Shown in pieces: positions 48,470 to 57,324 of a DNA stretch of 64,000 nt. The translations under genes and the position numbers were made by a program. The notes under the pieces are model-generated. The model made no database searches. It worked only from the letters and a program-made list of their open reading frames with translations, and was not told the origin of the DNA. Origin of the DNA: Bacillota bacterium (lineage in GTDB: Bacteria; Bacillota_I; Bacilli_A; Erysipelotrichales; Erysipelotrichaceae). The stretch is from NCBI GenBank assembly GCA_023249475.1, contig JAHFCO010000005.1, positions 10,870 through 74,869 on the forward strand, in the 5' to 3' direction. Each line of letters opens with the position of its first letter. Position 1 is the first letter of the stretch.

Positions 48470-49108
48470 ATGAAAAAATTCTTCACCGGTTTGATTTTGG
48501 ATAATCCGGTCTTCGGATTGTTCCTTGGGATTTGTTCCACCCTGGCGATCACCATCAACCTCAACAATGCGTTGGGCATGGGGGTTTCCGTCATTTTGAT
48601 TCTTATCGCATCCAATGTCATCATCTCGGCGATCCGCAAAATCACCCCCGATGAAATCCGCATCCCGGTCTACATCGTGGTCATCGCGACCTTGGTCAAG
48701 GCGGTCGAACTGCTGATCAAGGCCTATGCGCCGGCGATCGACGTCGCCCTTGGCGTATTCATCCCCTTGATCGTCGTCAACTGCATCATTCTCGGCCGCG
48801 CCGAAGCCTTCGCCTCGAAAAACGGGATGTTGGCATCCGCCTGGGACGGATTCACCATGGGGGTCGGCTATATCCTTGGCTTGGTCGTCATGTCGCTGAT
48901 CCGTGAAATCCTCGCGACCGGCATCGTCGAAATGGTCAACCCGTTCAACGACGCCTTGATTTTCAGCGTTCGATTGGTCCCGGCCGAATTCAGCATCAGT
49001 ATGTTCAGTCAACCGGTCGGCGCGTTCTTGACCTTCGCGGTCATCGCCGCGGGTGTCGCGGCCTTCCGCGATAAAGTCGAAGCGCAGACGAAGAAGGAGG
49101 CGAAGTAA
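48470..49108 (+). CDS. rnfE: Rnf complex subunit E
   Basis: Within ORF 48416..49108. NPVFGLFLGICSTLA and PLIVVNCIILGRAEAFA. Confidence 0.92.
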   Translation: MKKFFTGLILDNPVFGLFLGICSTLAITINLNNALGMGVSVILILIASNVIISAIRKITPDEIRIPVYIVVIATLVKAVELLIKAYAPAIDVALGVFIPLIVVNCIILGRAEAFASKNGMLASAWDGFTMGVGYILGLVVMSLIREILATGIVEMVNPFNDALIFSVRLVPAEFSISMFSQPVGAFLTFAVIAAGVAAFRDKVEAQTKKEAK

Positions 49109-49109
49109 G

Positions 49110-49685
49110 ATGGATAAACTATTTGCACTCTTCATGACGGCTTTCCTCATCAACAACATCATCCTGACGAAGTTCTTGGGGATGTGTCCGTTCTTGGGGG
49201 TTTCCAGACAACGCAGTTCCGCGATCGGGATGGGGTTGGCGGTCATCTTCGTCATCCTCGGCGCCTCGATCTTCACCTATGTCCTCTATTATTCCGTCCT
49301 GGTTCCCCTGGAACTCGAATACATGGACCTGATCACCTTCATCTTGGTCATCGCGGCGTTCGTCCAGTTCGTCGAATTGGTCCTGAAAAAATATTCCCCC
49401 GCGCTCTACAAAGCGTTGGGGATCTACCTGCCGTTGATCACCACCAACTGCGTCGTCTTGTACGTCACCTTGGAAAACATCACCAACAAGTTCGATTTCG
49501 TCGAAATGATCGTCTATTCCATCGCCGTCCCGGCGGGTTTCGCGTTGATGTTGTTCATCTTCTCGACCATCCGCGAACGCCTGGATATCGCGACCACGCC
49601 GAAGCCGTTCCGCGGCAACGCGCTTGCCTTGGTCCTCGCGGCCATCATGGCCTTGGCCTTCAGCGGCTTGGCCGGATTGGTCTAG
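49110..49685 (+). CDS. rnfA: Rnf complex subunit A
   Basis: Within ORF 49053..49685. NNIILTKFLGMCPFLGVS and LPLITTNCVVL. Confidence 0.92.
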   Translation: MDKLFALFMTAFLINNIILTKFLGMCPFLGVSRQRSSAIGMGLAVIFVILGASIFTYVLYYSVLVPLELEYMDLITFILVIAAFVQFVELVLKKYSPALYKALGIYLPLITTNCVVLYVTLENITNKFDFVEMIVYSIAVPAGFALMLFIFSTIRERLDIATTPKPFRGNALALVLAAIMALAFSGLAGLV

Positions 49686-49688
49686 TCC

Positions 49689-49871
49689 ATGGAAGCGGCA
49701 CTGTATATCGGGGCGCTTGGCGCATTCTACGCCGTCGCCTATTATCTCAACCACAAGACGCCGGTACCGGCGGGATGTGAGGATTTGAAAGCAAGTTGTA
49801 ACGGATGCGCCATCGGTTCTTGTGGCAACCATCCTTCACATCAGATAGTCAAGGAGGAAAACCGCGCATGA
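49689..49871 (+). CDS. 60-aa membrane-anchored Cys-rich peptide encoded between rnfA and rnfB
   Basis: One TM helix (AALYIGALGAFYAVAYYL) then C-x6-C-x2-C-x4-C. The start is 3 nt after the rnfA stop and the stop overlaps the rnfB ATG (ATGA). Confidence 0.4.
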   Translation: MEAALYIGALGAFYAVAYYLNHKTPVPAGCEDLKASCNGCAIGSCGNHPSHQIVKEENRA

Positions 49872-50173
49872 TTCAGGCAATCTTAATGATGTTGGTGGTC
49901 GGGGGCGTCCTCGGTTTGGTCTTAGGGATCGCCGGGATCTACTTCAAGGTCGAAGTCGACCATCGTTTGGAAACGGTGACCACGATGCTTCCGGGATACA
50001 ACTGCGGAGCCTGCGGCTTCCCGGGATGTTCCGGATTAGCGACGGCGATCGTCGACGGGAAAGCCACTTCGGCTTCCTGCAAACCGGCGAAACCCGAACA
50101 ACGCGAACGCATCACGACCTACATGGCGACCGGAGAAGATCCTTTCGCAAAAGTCGAACCTCAAAAAGCATAA
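49868..50173 (+). CDS. rnfB: Rnf subunit B, N-terminal part only (membrane anchor plus RnfB-type Fe-S domain); no ferredoxin-like domains
   Basis: Within ORF 49805..50173. 101 aa, ATG after AAGGAGGAAAA. Cys spacing C-x2-C-x4-C-x16-C. A terminator follows immediately. Confidence 0.75.
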   Translation: MIQAILMMLVVGGVLGLVLGIAGIYFKVEVDHRLETVTTMLPGYNCGACGFPGCSGLATAIVDGKATSASCKPAKPEQRERITTYMATGEDPFAKVEPQKA

Positions 50174-50178
50174 GTCGA

Positions 50179-50207
50179 AGATACAGGAAATTCCTGTATC
50201 TTTTTTC
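50179..50207 (+). terminator. Terminator of the rnf operon
   Basis: AGATACAGG-AAATT-CCTGTATCT followed by TTTTT. Confidence 0.88.
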
Positions 50208-50274
50208 ATTGTGAAATGATACTGTATTTTCATCAAGAGAATGCTAAAATAAAACCGATTTCAAAGGAGAAACT

Positions 50275-51963
50275 ATGGTTCAGGACATTTTAAATAACAT
50301 TATCGTGAATATCGCGATCCTCATGATCATCGGCTTCATTCTTCCACGCTTCTCATGGTTCCGCAAGACCGTGTTCGAACACGACAAAAAGTGGTTGGAC
50401 ATCGTCCTTTTGTCGATGATTTTCGGAGGCATCGGGATCCTTGCGACCTACACCGGTATCCGCATCAACGGGGCCATCGCCAACACGCGGGTCATCGGGG
50501 TCATCGCCGGCGGCTTCCTGGGCGGTCCGTGGGTCGGTCTTCTCTCCGGCTTGATCGCCGGTCTTCATCGCTGGGCGATCGACATCAACGGGTTCACGGC
50601 GTTCTCCTGCGCGGTCTCGACGATCATCGAAGGGATCATCGGCGGACTGATGTATAAGTCCATCCGTTCTTCGGAAAACAAATACTACCTGATCTTCGGT
50701 GCGACGTTTGTGGCCGAGGTCATCCAGATGCTGGTCATCCTGTTGATCGCCCGTCCGTTCGACGACGCGGTCGCCTTGGTCAAGGTCATCTCCGTCCCGA
50801 TGGTTTTCCTGAATTCGATCGGGATCGTCGTCTTCATCAACGGCATCTATAACGTCAAGGAAACCCTGGACCGCGCCAATGCGCGGCATTTGAAACTGGC
50901 CTTCGACATCGCCGACTGGTGCCTGCCTTTCCTAAGAAAAGGGTTGCATGACAAGGAAAGCATCGGCAACGCCTGTTCGACCATTTTGAAAAACATCGAC
51001 AGCACCTGCGTCATCCTCACCGACAACAAGCAAGTCGTCGCTTATGCCGGCGTGGACATTCCAAAACAGAGCGGATTCATGAAATTGTTCGACCATGTGT
51101 TCAAACGGATTTCAGAGCGAAAAGAAAGTGTCATCCTGCATGAAGGGGAAGTCAGCAAATACGATCTGGAACGATTCGCGAAGCGGTTCATGTTCTCGCC
51201 GATCTACCGCAACGAGCAAGTGATCGGCACCATCATCATCTGCGATAACCGCTTTAAGGACAATGTGGGTCCGGATCTGGGGTTCATCGACGGCTTGTCG
51301 AAACTTTTCTCTTCGCAATTGGCCTTGGCCGAAATGGACAACCAAGGGAAGTTGCTGCAGAAAGCCGAACTACGCGCCCTGCAGTCGCAAATCAACCCCC
51401 ACTTTCTCTTCAATGCGTTGAATACGATCAGCGGGTATACCCGTGAAAACCCGGACCGGGCGCGGCAACTGTTGCTCGCGCTGGCTTCCTATTTCAGAAA
51501 CACCTTATCCACCCATACCGAATGGGTGGATATCCAGGAAGAGATCGAGCATGTGTTGTCCTATGTCGAGATCGAAAAAGCCCGTTTCGAGGAACGTTTG
51601 AGCGTCAACATCCATTGTTCGCCGGATTGTCGCTACAGCGTGCCCAACTTCGTCATCCAACCTTTGATCGAGAATGCGATCAAGCACGGCATGACGTCCA
51701 ACTCCCTACGCGTCGATGTGACCATCGAAGAACACCGCAACGGACTCAACATCGTGGTCAAGGACAACGGGTGCGGGATCGCGCAAGATAAGATCGAGAC
51801 ATTCTACCAAGGGAATGCGGACAAGGGGAAGATCGGGATGGCGAACATCCACCAACGTCTCAAGAGCATCTATCCCAACAACCCGGGACTGGTCATCCAT
51901 AGCAAACTCAACCACGGAACCACCATCCAGATGTTCCTGCCGAAAGGAAGTGCCGCCGCATGA
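50275..51963 (+). CDS. LytS/YehU(BtsS)-type sensor histidine kinase
   Basis: 562 aa. 5TM-LYT-type N-terminus, a GAF-like middle region, LQSQINPHFLFNALNTI (His_kinase) and a HATPase domain. Confidence 0.9.
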   Translation: MVQDILNNIIVNIAILMIIGFILPRFSWFRKTVFEHDKKWLDIVLLSMIFGGIGILATYTGIRINGAIANTRVIGVIAGGFLGGPWVGLLSGLIAGLHRWAIDINGFTAFSCAVSTIIEGIIGGLMYKSIRSSENKYYLIFGATFVAEVIQMLVILLIARPFDDAVALVKVISVPMVFLNSIGIVVFINGIYNVKETLDRANARHLKLAFDIADWCLPFLRKGLHDKESIGNACSTILKNIDSTCVILTDNKQVVAYAGVDIPKQSGFMKLFDHVFKRISERKESVILHEGEVSKYDLERFAKRFMFSPIYRNEQVIGTIIICDNRFKDNVGPDLGFIDGLSKLFSSQLALAEMDNQGKLLQKAELRALQSQINPHFLFNALNTISGYTRENPDRARQLLLALASYFRNTLSTHTEWVDIQEEIEHVLSYVEIEKARFEERLSVNIHCSPDCRYSVPNFVIQPLIENAIKHGMTSNSLRVDVTIEEHRNGLNIVVKDNGCGIAQDKIETFYQGNADKGKIGMANIHQRLKSIYPNNPGLVIHSKLNHGTTIQMFLPKGSAAA

Positions 51964-52676
51964 AATTCCTGATCGTGGACGATGAGCGCATCGCCCGCAG
52001 CGAGTTGAAATACTGCATCAAGGAAGTCGATCCGAATTTCGCGGTTTTCGAAGCCGACAACGTGGACAGCGCTTTGGAAATGGTATCCAATGTGGAATTG
52101 GACGGAGCGTTCCTCGATGTCCAGCTTCCGGAAAGTTCGGGCGTTGAACTGGCGGAGAAAATCCGTCTGATCAAACCGGAACTGCCCATCGTCTTCGCCA
52201 CCGCCTACGACAACTACGCGATCGACGCGTTCGCCGTCAATGCGGTCGATTATGTTTTAAAACCGTTTCGTACCGACGACATCTCCCGCGCCTTACAGCG
52301 GATAACGCGCAATACGACCAAAACCCCGGTGCAGACTTGCCCAAGCGATAAACTGTCGGTGTGGATGGGTGAAAAAGCGGTCGTCGTCAACATCAACGAT
52401 ATCTACTACCTGACAAGCAATGAGAGGCAGACGTTGTTGGTGACGAAAAAAGGGGAATTGTCGACCAACCAGTCTTTGGATGCGATGGAGAAGCGCTTGA
52501 TCACCTGCGGATTCATGCGCGTCCAACGCGGATACATCGTGAATCTGAACCATGTGGCCGAAATCGTCCCGTGGTTCAACAACACCTACGGAATCAAGTT
52601 ATCCAACAATGTCGGCGACGTCATCCCGGTCAGCCGGCAGAAAATCTCGCTTCTACGCGAAGTCTTCGATTTTTAA
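51960..52676 (+). CDS. LytTR-family response regulator
   Basis: 238 aa. Receiver domain (VDDE..., LDVQLP) and a LytTR DNA-binding domain (FMRVQRGYIVNL). The start overlaps the kinase stop. Confidence 0.9.
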   Translation: MKFLIVDDERIARSELKYCIKEVDPNFAVFEADNVDSALEMVSNVELDGAFLDVQLPESSGVELAEKIRLIKPELPIVFATAYDNYAIDAFAVNAVDYVLKPFRTDDISRALQRITRNTTKTPVQTCPSDKLSVWMGEKAVVVNINDIYYLTSNERQTLLVTKKGELSTNQSLDAMEKRLITCGFMRVQRGYIVNLNHVAEIVPWFNNTYGIKLSNNVGDVIPVSRQKISLLREVFDF

Positions 52677-52719
52677 TCTTCTTTTCCTACAATTCAGTCG
52701 AAAAAATTCGCACTTCAAG

Positions 52720-52750
52720 CCCCGTGTAAGCGATTGCACCGGGGTTTTTG
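52720..52750 (+). terminator. Imperfect hairpin plus T-run between the response regulator and cstA
   Basis: CCCCG(T)GT...ACCGGGG followed by TTTTT. It may act as an attenuator rather than a full stop. Confidence 0.45.
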
Positions 52751-52787
52751 CTATCATAGGGTCATTCAAAGGAGGAATAGGAAAACT

Positions 52788-54197
52788 ATGATTAGTTTCT
52801 TCGCAGCATTGGCAACCTTGCTCGTCGGTTACTTCCTGTATGGAAAAGTCGTCGAGAAAGCGTTCAAACCGGACGATCGTCCGACCCCCGCGACCCTCGT
52901 TAACGACGGCGTGGATTACGTTCCGATGAAGAAATGGAACATCTTCTTGATTCAATTGCTGAACATCGCCGGCTTGGGCCCGATCTTCGGCGCCATCTCC
53001 GGAGCTCTCTGGGGACCGGTCGTCTTCTTCTGGATCGTCTTCGGATCCATCTTCGCAGGGGCTGTCCACGATTACCTTTCCGGAATGATCTCGATGCGTC
53101 ACAACGGCGCGTCCATTTCCGAAATCGTCGGTACGTACCTCGGCAAAGAAATGAAGCAAGTCATGCGTGTCTTCTCCGTCATCCTGTTGGTTCTCGTCGG
53201 CGTCGTCTTCATGGTCGGTCCGGCTGGCTTATTGGCCAAGCTTACCCCTGAAGTCCTCGACGTGAAGTTCTGGTTGATCGTCGTCTTGATTTACTACTTC
53301 GCAGCGACCATTCTTCCGATCGACAAACTGATCGGTAAAATCTATCCGATTTTCGGTGTCACCTTGATCATCATGGCGGTCGGCGTCGCCGGCGGCATCA
53401 TCCTTCAAGGCTACAACATGCCTGAAATCACCCTCGCCAACCTGCATCCCGCAGGGGCTCCGATTTGGCCTCTGATGTTCATCACCGTCGCGTGTGGCGC
53501 GATCTCCGGTTTCCATGCCACCCAATCGCCGATGATGGCACGTTGTATCACGACCGAAAAACAAGGCCGTACGATTTTCTACGGTGCCATGATCGCCGAA
53601 GGCGTCATCGCGCTTGTTTGGGCCGCCGCCGGTGTCGCGTTCTATGAAACGACCGGTGGATTGGCAGCCGCCATCAAAGAATTCGGCGGAGCCGCAGGCG
53701 TCGTCTACAATATCACGTTTACCCTCTTAGGCCCGGTCGGCGGCGTCCTTGCGATGTTGGGCGTTATCGCCTGTCCGATCACTTCCGGCGATACCGCGTT
53801 CCGTTCCGCACGTTTGACCTTGGCGGACTGGTTCGGATATGACCAGAAGCCGATTAAGAACCGTCTCATCGTCGCCGTTCCTTTATTGGCGATCGGCTAC
53901 ATGATCACGTTTGTCGACTATGCAGTCATCTGGCGTTACTTTGCCTGGTCCAACCAAACCTTGGCGATGATGGCTCTCTGGGCCGGTGCGGTTTATCTGA
54001 AGAAAGTCGGTGCCGTCCACTGGATCGCCACCGTCCCCGCTACCTTCATGAGCGCGGTCAGCGTCACCTACATCCTACAAGCCGCCGAAGGATTCAAACT
54101 TCCGACGTCGATTTCCTACCCGGGCGGCATCGTCTTCGCGGTAGCCTGTCTGACACTGTACATGGTGAAAGTCGGAGCGAAAAAAGCAACAGTCTAG
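52788..54197 (+). CDS. cstA: Carbon starvation protein CstA-family transporter (short form, BtsT-like)
   Basis: Within ORF 52734..54197. LLNIAGLGPIFGAISGALWGP and ACGAISGFHATQSPMMAR motifs. ATG follows AAAGGAGG. Confidence 0.9.
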   Translation: MISFFAALATLLVGYFLYGKVVEKAFKPDDRPTPATLVNDGVDYVPMKKWNIFLIQLLNIAGLGPIFGAISGALWGPVVFFWIVFGSIFAGAVHDYLSGMISMRHNGASISEIVGTYLGKEMKQVMRVFSVILLVLVGVVFMVGPAGLLAKLTPEVLDVKFWLIVVLIYYFAATILPIDKLIGKIYPIFGVTLIIMAVGVAGGIILQGYNMPEITLANLHPAGAPIWPLMFITVACGAISGFHATQSPMMARCITTEKQGRTIFYGAMIAEGVIALVWAAAGVAFYETTGGLAAAIKEFGGAAGVVYNITFTLLGPVGGVLAMLGVIACPITSGDTAFRSARLTLADWFGYDQKPIKNRLIVAVPLLAIGYMITFVDYAVIWRYFAWSNQTLAMMALWAGAVYLKKVGAVHWIATVPATFMSAVSVTYILQAAEGFKLPTSISYPGGIVFAVACLTLYMVKVGAKKATV

Positions 54198-54207
54198 AGC
54201 TTGAACG

Positions 54208-54236
54208 GAAAGGTTGGAAACAACCTTTCTTTCTTA
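54208..54236 (+). terminator. Terminator after cstA
   Basis: GAAAGGTTG-GAAA-CAACCTTTC followed by TTTCTT. Confidence 0.8.
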
Positions 54237-54252
54237 CATCAGGAGGGAACCC

Positions 54253-54864
54253 GTGGATCTACATACACTTGCCACCGTCTTTACAAACAACCATATGCCT
54301 TCCGTCGTGTTGAAAAACAAGGAAGACGTTCTTGCCTACTTGCGTGAACAAATCGTCGACGAGAGCACCGTCGCGGTCGGAGGGTCGACGACCCTGTTCC
54401 AATTCGGGATCATCGATGATCTACGCTCGCGCAATCTGAATTTCTTCGATCGTTACGCCCCGGGCTTGACGCCGGCGCAAATCCAGGAAGTGTTCCATCA
54501 GTCGTTCAACGCGGATGCGTACATCGCCTCCGCCAACGCGGTGACCCACAAAGGTGAAATCGTCAACATCGACCGTACCGGAAACCGGGTCGCGGCGATG
54601 ATGTACGGACCCAGGAAGGTCTACTTGATCGTCAGCGCATCGAAAGTCGTCAAGGACCTCGATGAAGCGCGTGAGAGGATCCGCAGCGTCGCGGCTCCGA
54701 AAAACGCCCAGCGTTTGAATTTGAAAACACCCTGCGCCCAAACCGGGCATTGCATGGATTGCGAAAGCCCGGACCGTCTTTGCGCCTTTGAAACCGTGAT
54801 CAAACGGCAGGCGATCAAAGATCGGATCCATGTTATACTCGTAGAGGAACAAGGAGGATTCTGA
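54253..54864 (+). CDS. LUD-domain (LutC/YkgG-like) protein, paralog 2
   Basis: Within ORF 54214..54864. The TTG at 54214 lies inside the terminator stem, so GTG 54253 (5 nt after AGGAGGG) is preferred. Colinear with 7370..8002, including the Cys cluster CAQTGHCMDCESPDRLC. Confidence 0.7.
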   Translation: MDLHTLATVFTNNHMPSVVLKNKEDVLAYLREQIVDESTVAVGGSTTLFQFGIIDDLRSRNLNFFDRYAPGLTPAQIQEVFHQSFNADAYIASANAVTHKGEIVNIDRTGNRVAAMMYGPRKVYLIVSASKVVKDLDEARERIRSVAAPKNAQRLNLKTPCAQTGHCMDCESPDRLCAFETVIKRQAIKDRIHVILVEEQGGF

Positions 54865-55883
54865 TGAATTACGCAGAAATCAAAGCCGCGGCGAAAGAGA
54901 AGATGTCCGTCTGCAAGATGTGCCGCACTTGCAACGGCGAGACGTGCCGGGGGTGGACCCCGGGACCAGGCGGAAAGGGGAGCGGAAGCAGTTTCGTCCG
55001 CAATGTCTCGAAACTCCGTGAAATCACCTTGAACATGCGTACGCTGCACTCGGATGTCGATGTGGATTGCGGCGTCACGCTCTTCAATGCCAAGATGAAA
55101 GCGCCGATCTTCGCGGCGCCGATCGCCAACGTACCGGTGAATTACGGGTCGAGCGTATCGGAAGCGGATTATCTGGAGGCGCTTGCCAAAGGATGCAAGG
55201 AGGCCGGCGTCCTGCCGTTTTTCGGGGACGGGGCGGCGAAGGAATTCTTCGACTTGCCGCTTGAAACGATGGGTCGCCATGACGGTTTCGGGATCCCGAC
55301 CATCAAACCGTGGGTCAACGAGATCGCGATCGAAAAAATCAAACGCGCGCTCGCATTGAATCCGGTGGCGATCGCGATGGATGTGGATGCGGCTGGTCTG
55401 GTAAGTTTAAAGAAAACGCCGACACCCATCGCATTCAAGACCTTGGAAGATTTGAAAATCATCAAGGAACAGATCCATGTCCCGTTCATCGTCAAGGGGA
55501 TCATGACGATCGAGGATGCGGAAATCGCCTTGTTGGCGGGCGCGGATGCAATCGTGGTTTCCAACCATGGCGGAAGGGTCATGGATGAAGGGGTCGCCAC
55601 CATCGAAGTGTTGGAAGGAATCGTGGACTTCGTGGCGAAACGCTGTCTGGTGTTGACCGACGGCGGGTATCGCAGCGGCTATGATGTATTTAAAGCCTTG
55701 GCGCTTGGCGCCGACGGCGTATTGGTCGGCCGGCCGTATTCCCACGTCGCGATCGGCGGGGGCAGCGAAGGGGTTTCGTTGTACACGCGGCAGTTGATCG
55801 GCGAACTGGAGGATGCGATGCGGATGACGGGATGCGCGACGCTGAGCGACATTCGCCGCAACGCCATCAACGTCGGTTTCTAA
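54864..55883 (+). CDS. FMN-dependent alpha-hydroxy-acid oxidising enzyme (lactate oxidase/dehydrogenase-like) with an N-terminal Cys cluster
   Basis: 339 aa. VSNHGGR motif and TIM-barrel FMN-dehydrogenase pattern. N-terminal CKMCRTCNGETC. Confidence 0.85.
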   Translation: MNYAEIKAAAKEKMSVCKMCRTCNGETCRGWTPGPGGKGSGSSFVRNVSKLREITLNMRTLHSDVDVDCGVTLFNAKMKAPIFAAPIANVPVNYGSSVSEADYLEALAKGCKEAGVLPFFGDGAAKEFFDLPLETMGRHDGFGIPTIKPWVNEIAIEKIKRALALNPVAIAMDVDAAGLVSLKKTPTPIAFKTLEDLKIIKEQIHVPFIVKGIMTIEDAEIALLAGADAIVVSNHGGRVMDEGVATIEVLEGIVDFVAKRCLVLTDGGYRSGYDVFKALALGADGVLVGRPYSHVAIGGGSEGVSLYTRQLIGELEDAMRMTGCATLSDIRRNAINVGF

Positions 55884-55892
55884 ATGAAAGGA

Positions 55893-55921
55893 ACGCAAGA
55901 TCGAATCTTGCGTTTTTTTTA
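55893..55921 (+). terminator. Terminator after the FMN-dehydrogenase gene
   Basis: ACGCAAGA-TCGAA-TCTTGCGT followed by TTTTTTT. Confidence 0.88.
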
Positions 55922-55975
55922 TACGGATCGTTAGGGAAGTCGCGTACTCCGACGTAACAGAGAGCGAGGTGAGTC

Positions 55976-56341
55976 ATGAAATCCATTATCCTCTCAGCAG
56001 CCTTCAGCGTATTGACTTTCGGCGTCGGTCTCGCCATGATCTACTTCATTCTCTTCGACCATGTGAACAGCCAAACCCGCTCCTTACTGAAGCGCGGGTT
56101 ACAGGAAACCATACTTCAAGTCTCCGCTCTTCCGATCGAATCCCGCCGCGGCCAAGTCCTACGGATCTTCGCCGATTTCATCCGTCCGGATCTTCTGGAC
56201 GGCTACCGGACCACGGTGGATCTGATGGACATGAGCGTCGACCCCTTGGCCATACGGATTCGATTGAACGTCGTCGCGACCAACCTGCTCTTCCCGATTT
56301 CGGTTTCGTCCGATGAGACCATCGTGGAGGTCAAGCCATGA
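55976..56341 (+). CDS. Membrane-anchored protein, first gene of the Tad-like locus (possible TadE/G-like minor pilin or assembly factor)
   Basis: 121 aa. N-terminal hydrophobic helix followed by a beta-rich part. Translationally coupled to the ATPase gene (ATGA overlap). Confidence 0.45.
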   Translation: MKSIILSAAFSVLTFGVGLAMIYFILFDHVNSQTRSLLKRGLQETILQVSALPIESRRGQVLRIFADFIRPDLLDGYRTTVDLMDMSVDPLAIRIRLNVVATNLLFPISVSSDETIVEVKP

Positions 56342-57324
56342 TCGGTCCGCTCGACTTCGGGATCCTGCAGCCGTTCGTGGATGACGACAAAGTCACGGAC
56401 ATCAACTACAACGGGAAGCAATGTTGGATCGACCATCTGAAACAAGGCCGTTTCACGGTGGAACCGTTTAGCGCCCATGAGTTCATGAACCAACTGGCGT
56501 TCAAACTGGCCAATCGCGTCAACCTCTCCTTCAACACCTCTTCCCCCGTCGTCGAAGCCGAGTTCGGCGACCTTCGCATCAGCATGGTACATCCCAGCGT
56601 TTGTCCCGAGGGGATGAGCCTCTCTCTTCGAAAAACCCCGGCGGTATGCCGATTGAACGACAAGGACATGGTTAAGTCCGGATACTGCGAACCCTGGGTC
56701 CTCGCGTTTTTGAAAGAAGCCGTCTTACGTAAGCGGAACATTCTCGTCAGCGGTCTCCCCGGCGCGGGGAAGACCGAACTGGTGAAATACTTGATGCAGT
56801 TCATCCCGCCCTCGCAACGCGTCATCACGATCGAAGATACGCTTGAACTACGCTATGGCGACCTCTATCCGCACAAGGACCATGTGTCCATGAAAGTCTC
56901 GGAACATTTCGATTATGCCCGGGCGATCAAGACGAGCCTCCGTCAACGTCCGGATTGGATCTGCGTATCCGAAGTCCGCGGCTTGGAGATCGTATCTCTG
57001 ATGCAAAGCGTATCGACCGGAGCGAACCTGCTCAGCACCATCCATGCGGAAGGCGCGGCACAGATCCCGCAGCGCATCCTGCATATGCTTCCCGGGCTTC
57101 ATTTGACGGATACGGCGATGCGCCATCTTGTCTATGAATCCATCGACATCGGGATCCATCTTGAATGCAAAGCGGGTGTCCATGGAATCAAACGGAGGAT
57201 ACGCGAAATCGTCGCCTATCATGTGGAAGAGGATCAGGTAAGCATGATCAAGATCTTTGATATCGATCAGCCGAACGATCCCGTCACGTTGGATGAACTT
57301 CCCAAAAAGGGAGGAAGACGATGA
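56338..57324 (+). CDS. CpaF/TadA-type secretion ATPase (type II/IV secretion NTPase family), short form
   Basis: 328 aa. Walker A GLPGAGKT, Asp box ITIEDTLEL, Walker B-like PDWICVSEVRG and His box LSTIHA. Confidence 0.88.
   Translation: MIGPLDFGILQPFVDDDKVTDINYNGKQCWIDHLKQGRFTVEPFSAHEFMNQLAFKLANRVNLSFNTSSPVVEAEFGDLRISMVHPSVCPEGMSLSLRKTPAVCRLNDKDMVKSGYCEPWVLAFLKEAVLRKRNILVSGLPGAGKTELVKYLMQFIPPSQRVITIEDTLELRYGDLYPHKDHVSMKVSEHFDYARAIKTSLRQRPDWICVSEVRGLEIVSLMQSVSTGANLLSTIHAEGAAQIPQRILHMLPGLHLTDTAMRHLVYESIDIGIHLECKAGVHGIKRRIREIVAYHVEEDQVSMIKIFDIDQPNDPVTLDELPKKGGRR

Noticed and set aside
49689-50173. Reading the mini-ORF plus the short rnfB as one frameshifted full-length rnfB pseudogene.
   Set aside because: Each ORF has its own N-terminal TM helix. 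The second has a good RBS and a complete RnfB-type N-terminal Cys pattern. No ferredoxin-type CxxCxxCxxxCP remnants occur in any frame before the terminator at 50179.
52691-52719. Possible LytTR direct-repeat boxes (AATTCAGT / ACTTCAAG, 21 nt apart) upstream of cstA.
   Set aside because: Only 5 of 8 positions are shared. They lie upstream of a terminator-like hairpin, and I could not place a convincing promoter. The evidence is too weak to call.
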